Source: an uncultured Candidatus Saccharibacteria bacterium
GTDB taxonomy: Bacteria; Patescibacteriota; Minisyncoccia; Phycocordibacterales; UBA2100
Length of the DNA: 64,000 nucleotides
Assembly (NCBI GenBank): GCA_964399865.1
Contig: CAYNRJ010000001.1
Location: 266,050-330,049 of the forward strand
Direction: 5' to 3'
Part shown: positions 54,450-62,759 of the stretch, piece after piece
Layout of the letters: each line of letters starts with the position of its first letter
Numbering within the stretch: position 1 is the stretch's first letter
Notes under the pieces: generated by a model
Told to the model about the DNA's origin: nothing
Databases searched by the model: none
The model's input: only the letters and a program-made list of their open reading frames with translations
Translations under genes and position numbers: made by a program

Positions 54450-56972
54450 TTATATCGCATTTTCAATCTGCTCTAATAAATTGAGTAACTCCTGTGCATC
54501 ACTATCTGATATCTTCCCCTTTTCAGCTTTATTAAAGATCTTCTTGGTAAGATTGCTAACATTCTTGGTGGCCTTCTTATCTTTTTTCTTCTCGATTCTC
54601 TTTTCGAGAGCAGCGACTTTTTTGAGTAGATTCTTTTTCAAACTTTCCTTAATATTCATGGTCGCTATTTTCTGCTTTAGGATCGCTAACAGCTCAGTGA
54701 GTGAGACCTCTGCCCCATCAGGCAATACGACCTCATCCACTTGCCCATCATCATTTGAGTCCACTCGTATTACCGCTTGTCCCGGAGATTCAGTATTTAC
54801 CGCAAAAGCGGCTACCGTGTCGAGAGTCGTTGGAATGTCGGAATACGTAGCAAGTGGTGTCGTCACTTCTGCTACAAAATTGTCGATCTCTACCGTGGTC
54901 GGACCACTCCCTAAACCTTTATATACGAAATTGTAGGAGCCCGATTTTGGCAGGAAAATATATTGCCCCTCTGCTGAATAAAGAAACGTGCTGCCAGGTA
55001 TTTCTTCCTTTATTGCAAGAAATTCAGCGGACAGATCCTGTATCTGGTCAATGCCTGTAAAATTCCCGAAGGAGTCATACGCACCGAGTATGACTGGAGA
55101 ATGAGTGCTTACTATCAACTTGTGGTCTAGATTTGTGACTACTGGCTTTTCATTATGGATGTATTCAATATTTTCAATTGCCGCCTCGGAGATTATTTCC
55201 TTAAGGATTTTCTGAATTGATGATGTGTTAAGTAGATCCCTATGCTGACTATTTTGATTGAGGTTCTTGTTAAATTCGAAAAGATCAAAATAATAAACTT
55301 CGTAAGAGTCACTTGAAACGGCGCTCGGATATACGACTGTTTTATCGCCTTCATCGGTGAACTTCACTTTATAACTCGGTAAAAAGTGACTGTTCCGATA
55401 TTCAATCGCTTTTACTGTCGGTCTGCCCCACCCCGCGACCTGCACCACACGAATATTATCTGGGAATTCATACGAGTCGAACTCAGTATGAAAATTCATG
55501 GCATCTTCTGTCAGGTTAACGTCCAGTATTTCCGGTATCCTCAAAGTATCTTCGGAAGGATCAGTGCGAGTGACCCCGCCTCCAGTTAAGAATGCAAAAA
55601 AGTCGAGGTACGCGGATATTCCGTCCTCTCCCCAATAATTTCTCCAAGGTTCTGTGAACGCGGCAGCCGGATCAAAGGTGATAACAGGATCGTCAACTTC
55701 TTCGAAATAACGCGGCGATGGGAGCAGTGTGTACGCTGCCGGCATATTCTGACCGAGCGTGCGCGAAGTTGCCGGATTCACAAAAAGCGGAATCCATTCG
55801 TCATCTCCGTGTAGAAGTGAGCCCGCGGCTTGCGGTGTCCCAAGTTGCGGCGTTCCAACCATGACAAATGAATCAATGAGATCTGCCTTGCCTTCCTCTT
55901 CCAATTTCTTAATGAGTGCCTTTCCAACAAGACCGCCCATTGAATGCGCAACGAGTGTCACGTGCCCTGTCTGAGATTCGGACGCGAGCTGCTCTATTTC
56001 TTCTACCATATCAACTATCCCCTGCGGAGTGTTCACGCCTTCTTCCACAATCGTGGTCGGCGAGAGTCGCCAGTCATATGGAAGCGGTATCCACGCGTCG
56101 ATCGTTCCTTCGGACACAACGCCATCAAGAAAATCGACAAATGGTGCGTAGACAGTCGTCGTGAAAAAATTATTCATAACCCCATCGACACGAACGTCGT
56201 TCACGCTTACCCCACTATCATTAAGAGCCAGTTGCGGCACATCATTACTCCACAAGGTCGGCGGCCATATCGTGTCAGACCCGATTTTCAAAACACTTCC
56301 CTTGAACCCCGGCAAAAACGCGACGCTTGAACAGCACTCCTCCACGTCAGGCACCGCCTCACCTGCCACATATTCAAATTCGAGAAATCTGTATGCAATC
56401 GGTGCATATGTACCTTCAAATGTCGTGAACCATTTCGCAAAATCGATATCTTCGTAAGTTTCTTCTTCAAAAGTATCTGTGATTGGGTTATATGTAAACT
56501 TTGTGTCCGGCACTTCGGCGATGGCTATCGTATAAATACCGGACAAAGTATTGGGATCACCGAGCGGAGGAAGCGAGAATGATATCGACGCTGTTTCATT
56601 TCCGATCACATGTCGTACGACTGAATAATTGACGCCCGAAACCGGTTCACCTCCATCTAACCCATCGATAGATCCTCGGAATAAAGCATATATCGCGTTA
56701 TTTGCGGGAACCGGATAATCCCAAGGTTCAAGAAACGTAATCTCCCAGTCGTTGTTAATCGCGTTCAAATCAGATCCGTTTACTACTGGCATTGGCACTG
56801 TATGGTTTAGAATTTCTACCCCTGCGTGAGTAGCTTGAAGATTGGGCGGTGGTGGTGGAGGAGCTTCAAAATCACCTCTTGCGACTGATGCACTTAAAAG
56901 GAAACACACTGCCGTGATAGTCGCTACAGCCGCGACTTGTAGACTGCCGCCCGAGATTCGAGCGAACTTCAT
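54450..56972 (-). CDS. Secreted alpha/beta-hydrolase (LCAT/PGAP1-like lipase or phospholipase)
   Basis: Signal peptide; FLPGFKGS, PYDWR, AHSMGG nucleophile elbow, GTPQLGTP, GDKTV, QHRDL; start set at ATG 56972 because the upstream ORF extension runs into the palindrome. Confidence 0.85.
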   Translation of the reverse strand: MKFARISGGSLQVAAVATITAVCFLLSASVARGDFEAPPPPPPNLQATHAGVEILNHTVPMPVVNGSDLNAINNDWEITFLEPWDYPVPANNAIYALFRGSIDGLDGGEPVSGVNYSVVRHVIGNETASISFSLPPLGDPNTLSGIYTIAIAEVPDTKFTYNPITDTFEEETYEDIDFAKWFTTFEGTYAPIAYRFLEFEYVAGEAVPDVEECCSSVAFLPGFKGSVLKIGSDTIWPPTLWSNDVPQLALNDSGVSVNDVRVDGVMNNFFTTTVYAPFVDFLDGVVSEGTIDAWIPLPYDWRLSPTTIVEEGVNTPQGIVDMVEEIEQLASESQTGHVTLVAHSMGGLVGKALIKKLEEEGKADLIDSFVMVGTPQLGTPQAAGSLLHGDDEWIPLFVNPATSRTLGQNMPAAYTLLPSPRYFEEVDDPVITFDPAAAFTEPWRNYWGEDGISAYLDFFAFLTGGGVTRTDPSEDTLRIPEILDVNLTEDAMNFHTEFDSYEFPDNIRVVQVAGWGRPTVKAIEYRNSHFLPSYKVKFTDEGDKTVVYPSAVSSDSYEVYYFDLFEFNKNLNQNSQHRDLLNTSSIQKILKEIISEAAIENIEYIHNEKPVVTNLDHKLIVSTHSPVILGAYDSFGNFTGIDQIQDLSAEFLAIKEEIPGSTFLYSAEGQYIFLPKSGSYNFVYKGLGSGPTTVEIDNFVAEVTTPLATYSDIPTTLDTVAAFAVNTESPGQAVIRVDSNDDGQVDEVVLPDGAEVSLTELLAILKQKIATMNIKESLKKNLLKKVAALEKRIEKKKDKKATKNVSNLTKKIFNKAEKGKISDSDAQELLNLLEQIENAI

Positions 56973-57018
56973 GAAGCCCAGTGTACTCCTCCTACGAAAT
57001 CCTCCATCACTTGTCCAC

Positions 57019-57047
57019 AATGCAGTGAGGTCCCACCTCACTGCATT
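57019..57047. repeat. REP-like palindrome downstream of the transposase
   Basis: AATGCAGTGAGG-TCCCA-CCTCACTGCATT; overlaps the transposase stop codon. Confidence 0.88.
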
Positions 57048-57720
57048 ATCGTTCGAAATTTTCCTTCGTAAGACTTGCGTAATAATCTCTAGACTCGAGA
57101 AGCATTCGACTAATCGATAGCTGTTCGCTGACCTCGAATACCTCTTTCGATAAAATTGGGTTCTCAGATCGTCGTTCGTGTGCTAGCAAACTTGAGTAGG
57201 GATAATCAGAGAGCTTTCGTTGTAACGAGCGCATGTTTCGTACTTTCCCTTCTTTCCAGCCAGGCTCATAGAGCTCAGAAGGATTACAGTGAATGTATTG
57301 CAAGACTTTCTGAAAATAACGATCGTCCCCAACATGGCGAGATCGAAACGGCCCCGTGAATAAATACCCTACGCGCTCATGCTTAGCATTGAAATACATG
57401 GTATACGCTGTTCCAATCTTTCGCATAAATGACGTTATCCCGCCCTCTGTTAATTCTTTAAGCAGCAGATGATAATGGTTGGGCATTAAACAATACGCCC
57501 CAATCGCGACAATGGGTGTGCCCCGTTCATCCGACAATACATCTGAAAGACGTGGTTTTCGAGTATTGTAAAGACTGACTTGCCTAGTGCCATTTGCCAG
57601 GTATAGGAGCATCAGAAACCGATTCGCATCGTATTCATTGTCAAAAAGATTGCGCTTATCGACACCTCTATTAAAGCAGTGGTACCACTCATCTATTCCA
57701 AATTTCACCGCTCGGGCCAT
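57046..57720 (-). mobile_element. Y1 HUH transposase, REP-associated tyrosine transposase (RAYT)-like
   Basis: YHCFNRG, YCLMPNHYHLL (HUH), YIHCNP (catalytic Tyr plus NP), YPYSS; flanked by identical palindromes. Confidence 0.9.
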
Positions 57721-57739
57721 CCGAAAAGCATAGCATGCG

Positions 57740-57766
57740 TGCAGTGAGGTCCCACCTCACTGCATT
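57740..57766. repeat. REP-like palindrome upstream of the transposase
   Basis: TGCAGTGAGGTCCCACCTCACTGCATT, identical to 57021-57047 and in the same orientation. Confidence 0.88.
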
Positions 57767-57795
57767 CCGACAGAGAGCCTGATACAATAAAGAGC

Positions 57796-58479
57796 ATGAC
57801 ATCAGTGCAGACATACGAAGTAGAGGTGAAGTCGCTGCTCGGTTCGCCGGAGCGTGCCGACGAGGTACGGCGGGCGATGAAAGAGCTCGATCCGAGCTGC
57901 AAGCTAACGTCCAAAAATAAACAGCTGAACCATTATTTCGAAGGCGGCACTATAGATAAGCTCGCTGAAGCGCTCGCCCCTCACCTCCCGCCAGAGAAGA
58001 TGGCAACGTTGAACGATCTTGCGAAACGCGCGAAGAGCTTTTCTGTCCGCACCCGCGACAAAGACGGTACCGTGCTCGTCGTCGTCAAAGCCTCTGTCGG
58101 GGACGATTCAAGTTCGAACGGAGTCGCTCGTATGGAGTTTGAAGAAAAAGTCCCGCTGACGATCGAAGAATTGGACAAACTTATTCTTTCTGCCGGATTC
58201 AAATACCAGGCGAAATGGTCGCGCGAGCGCGAGGAATATCTCTGCAACGGAGTAAACGTCACCCTAGACAGAAACGCCGGATATGGTTGGCTCGCAGAAT
58301 TCGAGCGCATCGTGGATAGCGAAGCTGATGTGCCACGCGCGAGGGAGGAAGTGGAAAATCTGATGAAAAACCTCGGTGTTTCCGAGCTCCCGCAGGACCG
58401 ACTAGAACGTATGTTCGCCTTCTACAACGAAAACTGGCCTCAGTACTACGGTACCGACAAAATCTTTGTGGTAGAGTAG
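57796..58479 (+). CDS. CYTH-domain (triphosphate tunnel metalloenzyme) protein
   Basis: N-terminal YEVEVK (ExExK), QLNHYF, RMEFE, VTLD...GWLAEFE. Confidence 0.8.
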   Translation: MTSVQTYEVEVKSLLGSPERADEVRRAMKELDPSCKLTSKNKQLNHYFEGGTIDKLAEALAPHLPPEKMATLNDLAKRAKSFSVRTRDKDGTVLVVVKASVGDDSSSNGVARMEFEEKVPLTIEELDKLILSAGFKYQAKWSREREEYLCNGVNVTLDRNAGYGWLAEFERIVDSEADVPRAREEVENLMKNLGVSELPQDRLERMFAFYNENWPQYYGTDKIFVVE

Positions 58480-58487
58480 GACGACTT

Positions 58488-59045
58488 ATGTTTTTATCCG
58501 ATGTCGACATCAAGAAGGCAGTGGCGGACGAACGAATTACTCTCGAACCATTTGATACTTCACGCCTCCAGCCAGCAAGCTACGACATCCGTCTCGCCAA
58601 CAAATTCATCATTAACGAAGAAAGTCAGACGCACATCATTGACCCCGTAAAGAAGATCTACGCGAAAACGCGTGAGATAAGCGTGAAAGATGGTGAAGAG
58701 TTCGTGCTTCACCCAGGAATTTCCGTTCTCGGCTCCTCAAAAGAATTCTTTGGGAGCGATCACTACTTAATCCAAGTCGGAGGCAAGTCATCACTCGCGC
58801 GCGTCGGTCTCATGGTCCACAACACCGCCGGAATCATTAACCCGGGACATTTCCTCAACATCACGTTTGAAATAACAAACCAGAACAACGTACCGATAGT
58901 CCTTCGCCCCGGCATGGAGATCGCGCAGATCACATTCTCGATGCTCTCCTCCCCGACCGAGCAGAACTACCGCAAGAACGGACGCTTCGCAAAGGATAAT
59001 TGGAAACATTTCGTCGCACCGAAAGCAAAAAAGGCTAAAAAATAA
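58488..59045 (+). CDS. dcd: dCTP deaminase
   Basis: LSDVDI, QPASYD, KSSLARVGL, TAGIINPG, ITFE, IAQI. Confidence 0.9.
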   Translation: MFLSDVDIKKAVADERITLEPFDTSRLQPASYDIRLANKFIINEESQTHIIDPVKKIYAKTREISVKDGEEFVLHPGISVLGSSKEFFGSDHYLIQVGGKSSLARVGLMVHNTAGIINPGHFLNITFEITNQNNVPIVLRPGMEIAQITFSMLSSPTEQNYRKNGRFAKDNWKHFVAPKAKKAKK

Positions 59046-59046
59046 T

Positions 59047-60006
59047 ATGACTCATCCCGAACAGCAGTACTTGGATCTGATGAGGGAGTGCATGGAGAAG
59101 GGTGACCGTCAGGTGGATGCGGGACACGGCGGCGCACACTACGGACTTTTTGGTCGGCAGATTAGATTCGATCTCTCGCAAGGCTTCCCAATGCTCACGA
59201 CCAAGCGTGTGTATTGGAAAGGCGTCCTACACGAACTCTATTGGTTCATGTCAGGACAGACAAATATAAAGTACCTCGTTGATAACGAAGTGCACATTTG
59301 GGACGACTACCCATACCGTTTCTATATGGAACACGCGAAGCGTGGAAAGTGGCCCGAGATGACGAAAGACGAGTTTATCGCGAAAATAAAGAGCGACGAC
59401 TCATTCGCAAAACAGCACGGCGACCTTCGTCATATCTACGGAGAGATGTGGCGTGCATGGCCGGCAAAAGATGGCCGTGGCATAGACCAGCTCGCATGGG
59501 CGATAGAAGAGCTGCGCCGCGACCCAGGATGTCACAACGCGATCGTCACCTCATGGAATCCTGAGTATCTCTACACGATGGCGAAGCCGGAAGAAGTGAA
59601 TCACTTCCCGATCTGCCACAACATGTATCAGTTCAATATTAAAAACGAGAAGGTCTCGCTGCAGCTCTACCAGCGAAGTGCAGATATCTTCCTCGGAGTC
59701 CCCTTTAACATCGCGAGCTACGCACTTCTCGTGCAAATCGTTGCGCATCTCCTCGGCCGCGAAGCGGGAGATTTCGTGCACACATTCGGCGATGTGCACA
59801 TGTACGAAAATCACAAAGCTGCAGTACAAGAACAACTTCTCCGCGAGCCAAAAGCGTTTCCCAAAATTACGATTGATAAGAGTGTAAAGACGCTTGCAGA
59901 TTTCCGACCGGAACACGTCACGCTCGAAGGATACGATCCACATCCGACGATCAAAGCTGAACTCACCGTCGCAGGATTTAGAAATCTGGAGAACAAACCG
60001 GATTAA
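59047..60006 (+). CDS. thyA: Thymidylate synthase
   Basis: FPMLTTK, ELYWF, IWD, PICH, YQRSADIFLGVPFNIASY, GDVHMY. Confidence 0.96.
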   Translation: MTHPEQQYLDLMRECMEKGDRQVDAGHGGAHYGLFGRQIRFDLSQGFPMLTTKRVYWKGVLHELYWFMSGQTNIKYLVDNEVHIWDDYPYRFYMEHAKRGKWPEMTKDEFIAKIKSDDSFAKQHGDLRHIYGEMWRAWPAKDGRGIDQLAWAIEELRRDPGCHNAIVTSWNPEYLYTMAKPEEVNHFPICHNMYQFNIKNEKVSLQLYQRSADIFLGVPFNIASYALLVQIVAHLLGREAGDFVHTFGDVHMYENHKAAVQEQLLREPKAFPKITIDKSVKTLADFRPEHVTLEGYDPHPTIKAELTVAGFRNLENKPD

Positions 60007-60007
60007 T

Positions 60008-60631
60008 ATGGCTCGCGGGAAATTTATTGTGTTTGAGGGCGGAGAAGGATCCGGCAAGGACACGCTCATTAATCTCATTAAGGAAAAGTACGCAGACCGT
60101 GACATTGTGTTCGCACGCGATCCGGGCGGCACACCGCTCGGCGAAAAAGTGCGCGACCTCGTGCTCGGCAAAGATGCCGTCGGCACAGACACGCGTGCGG
60201 AGCTTCTGCTTTTTCTCGCGGCGCGCGCGGAGCTCGTCGGGAAAGTCATCGCACCTGCACTTGAAGCTGGCAAGACTGTGATCGGCAATCGTTTTACTCT
60301 CTCCACTATCGCCTACCAGATATATGGCAGGCAGCATCCGCAGTTCCTTGATTTCGTACAACGAACATCAGATTTCGCTGATCAGGACATCCTCCCCGAT
60401 CTTTGCATCTTCCTCGATGTCGCGCCGAGGACAGGAATCGAGCGAACGACGAGGCGCGCTGGGGTCTTGAACCGTTTCGACGAAGAAGAGATCGCCTTCC
60501 ACGAGCGCGTGTACGACGGCTACAAAAAACACCTCGAAGGATCGGCAAAAAAGACCCTTATTATCGACACGAGCGGCACTATTGAAGACGCTTGGACACA
60601 GACCGAGGCCGCGCTACAATCATTTCTTTAA
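60008..60631 (+). CDS. tmk: Thymidylate kinase
   Basis: FIVFEGGEGSGK, RDPGGT, ELLLFLAAR, AYQ, PDL. Confidence 0.93.
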   Translation: MARGKFIVFEGGEGSGKDTLINLIKEKYADRDIVFARDPGGTPLGEKVRDLVLGKDAVGTDTRAELLLFLAARAELVGKVIAPALEAGKTVIGNRFTLSTIAYQIYGRQHPQFLDFVQRTSDFADQDILPDLCIFLDVAPRTGIERTTRRAGVLNRFDEEEIAFHERVYDGYKKHLEGSAKKTLIIDTSGTIEDAWTQTEAALQSFL

Positions 60632-60688
60632 TGCCGCCTATGATCTAACCTGACTCTCATCTCCCCCATTACGAACTAACCTTTCTTT

Positions 60689-61957
60689 ATGGAACACTAT
60701 CCCTACATCAAAAAACAAGATAAGGACGTATACAAAGCGCTCGTCGGCGAGGAGAAGAGACAGGCAGAAGGCATCGAGCTCATTCCTTCCGAAAATTACG
60801 TCTCCCGCGCAGTTCGTGAAGCAAACTTTTCAGATCTCACAAACAAGTACGCTGAAGGATACCCGGGGAAACGCTACTACGGCGGTCAGATGTACACCGA
60901 CATAGTCGAGAATCTCGCACGCGATCGCGCGAAGAAGCTCTTCGGTGCGCAGTTTGCCAACGTCCAACCGCATTCAGGAGCCAACGCGAACGTCGGACTC
61001 TATTTCGCTCTTCTCGAACCGGGAGACACGATCATGGGTATGGATCTCTCGCACGGCGGTCACCTCACCCACGGTCACCCAGTCACATACATCACGAAGA
61101 TCTTCAAGTTCATCCGTTACAAGATGAAAGATGTCGCAACTGGCGAGATTGATTACGACGAGATGCGTGCGACCGCACTCCGCGAGAAACCAAAAATACT
61201 TCTTGCCGGATACTCCGCATACCCACGCGAACTTGATTATGCGAAGTTCGTTGAGATCGGTCGCGAAGTCGGGGCGTACGTGATCATGGACATCGCGCAC
61301 ATCGCAGGCCTCATCGCGGGAAAGGCAGTAAAGAATCCGTTCGATTTCGGCTTTGATGTCATGACAACAACGACTCACAAGACACTCCGCGGTCCACGCG
61401 GCGGTATGATCCTCACCCGCGAGAACGAGGAGATCGCGAAGAAGATCGACAAGAGTATCTTCCCTGGCCTCCAGGGCGGACCTCTCATGAACACGATCGC
61501 AGGTAAGGCAGTGTGTTTCGGCGAAGATCTGAAACCTGCATTCAAAAAGTACGCCGGCCAGATCTTGAAGAACGCGAAGGCGATGGAAAAAGTCTACAAA
61601 GATGCGGGCATCCGCCTCATCACCGGTGGGACTGATAATCACCTGCTTCTCGCTGATGTGTTCGGTTCCCTCGGCATCCCTGGAAAAGAAGCGGAGCATC
61701 TTCTCGATGAAGTCGGCATAACTCTCAATAAAAACTCGATAGCTGATGACGTACGCGGACCGATGGATCCATCAGGCATTCGTTTTGGTACTCCTGCGAT
61801 CACAACTCGCGGCTTTAAAGAGAAAGAGTGCGCTCGTGTTGCAGAGCTCATGATCGAAGCGATGAAAAATAAGGACAACAAGAAAAAGCTTGGCGCAATT
61901 CATAGCGAGATCAAGGCGCTCTGCAAAAAACACCCGATTCCAGCCGCGTTCGTCTAA
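60689..61957 (+). CDS. glyA: Serine hydroxymethyltransferase
   Basis: LIPSEN, YAEGYPGKRYYGG, HGGHLTHG, TTTHKTLRGPRGG. Confidence 0.97.
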   Translation: MEHYPYIKKQDKDVYKALVGEEKRQAEGIELIPSENYVSRAVREANFSDLTNKYAEGYPGKRYYGGQMYTDIVENLARDRAKKLFGAQFANVQPHSGANANVGLYFALLEPGDTIMGMDLSHGGHLTHGHPVTYITKIFKFIRYKMKDVATGEIDYDEMRATALREKPKILLAGYSAYPRELDYAKFVEIGREVGAYVIMDIAHIAGLIAGKAVKNPFDFGFDVMTTTTHKTLRGPRGGMILTRENEEIAKKIDKSIFPGLQGGPLMNTIAGKAVCFGEDLKPAFKKYAGQILKNAKAMEKVYKDAGIRLITGGTDNHLLLADVFGSLGIPGKEAEHLLDEVGITLNKNSIADDVRGPMDPSGIRFGTPAITTRGFKEKECARVAELMIEAMKNKDNKKKLGAIHSEIKALCKKHPIPAAFV

Positions 61958-62013
61958 CGAAAATCTTCATGTTAGGCTGATCGCGGTGAATCAACCGCGG
62001 AAAGGATACGACC

Positions 62014-62196
62014 ATGCGCATCTGCGCGCGGTGCGGCCATTACGAGGAGGATCATTCACGGCTCGCTACTTCGTCAGAGGCCGACGAAGCGCGAGGAGAT
62101 CTGCACACACTTCCTGGGAAGAAACACTCACTGCAAGACTGTGTTGCTTTGGGTGGCTTCGTCGCAGAAGGATCCAAGGAGATGTTCAAGCTGTAA
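62014..62196 (+). CDS. Possible small metal-binding protein (60 aa)
   Basis: AAGGA SD, CARCGH...H motif, downstream terminator GGCGTCCGCG/CGCGGACGCC near 62224-62248. Confidence 0.45.
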   Translation: MRICARCGHYEEDHSRLATSSEADEARGDLHTLPGKKHSLQDCVALGGFVAEGSKEMFKL

Positions 62197-62330
62197 TTCG
62201 GGGTTAGCAACCCCACAAACTTGGGCGTCCGCGACATGCGCGGACGCCAAAATCTTTTTATATACACGCTTATTTCATGACGGGTCCTCACAATTTCATA
62301 TTCTTGACACACCCCCACACTAAGGACAGT

Positions 62331-62657
62331 ATGGTTTTAGGGGGCTTATTTGGGGGCAATAAGGAGTACCTGAACGTGAGCGAGATCGTACGACCTGAGA
62401 GGCCGAACGATCCGAGACGCGTCATTTTCGCGTCATGGCCAAGCATCGCGACTGACGGCGGAAAAGCTGTCATCGTCGACGCGGCGGTGGCCATAGTTGC
62501 GGATCAACTCGGCTTATCGAAGGAAGAAGATCTGGCTACAGCGCGCACGAACATTGAAGCTGACGTACGTTTTGCGATCGAAGGTCACCTCGGTCCCGCG
62601 GAATTCTACGGCAGCCTCATGCGCTCTCTGGACGTCAGGAGCGCTAGCGCAAACTGA
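62331..62657 (+). CDS. Hypothetical protein (108 aa)
   Basis: TAAGGA SD before ATG 62331; fills the intergenic gap. Confidence 0.5.
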   Translation: MVLGGLFGGNKEYLNVSEIVRPERPNDPRRVIFASWPSIATDGGKAVIVDAAVAIVADQLGLSKEEDLATARTNIEADVRFAIEGHLGPAEFYGSLMRSLDVRSASAN

Positions 62658-62759
62658 AGTCACACTTTCTTCCTCCCAAGAAGAACCGCGGGCGACATTC
62701 ACTGTTTCGGATGCCGCCCGCTTTTTTACCTTTTCGAGTATAATGACTCTTTCCCATTC

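Noticed and set aside
57019-57766. Identical 27-bp palindromic repeats as a CRISPR array
   Set aside because: Only two copies, about 720 bp apart, flanking a transposase; no cas genes.
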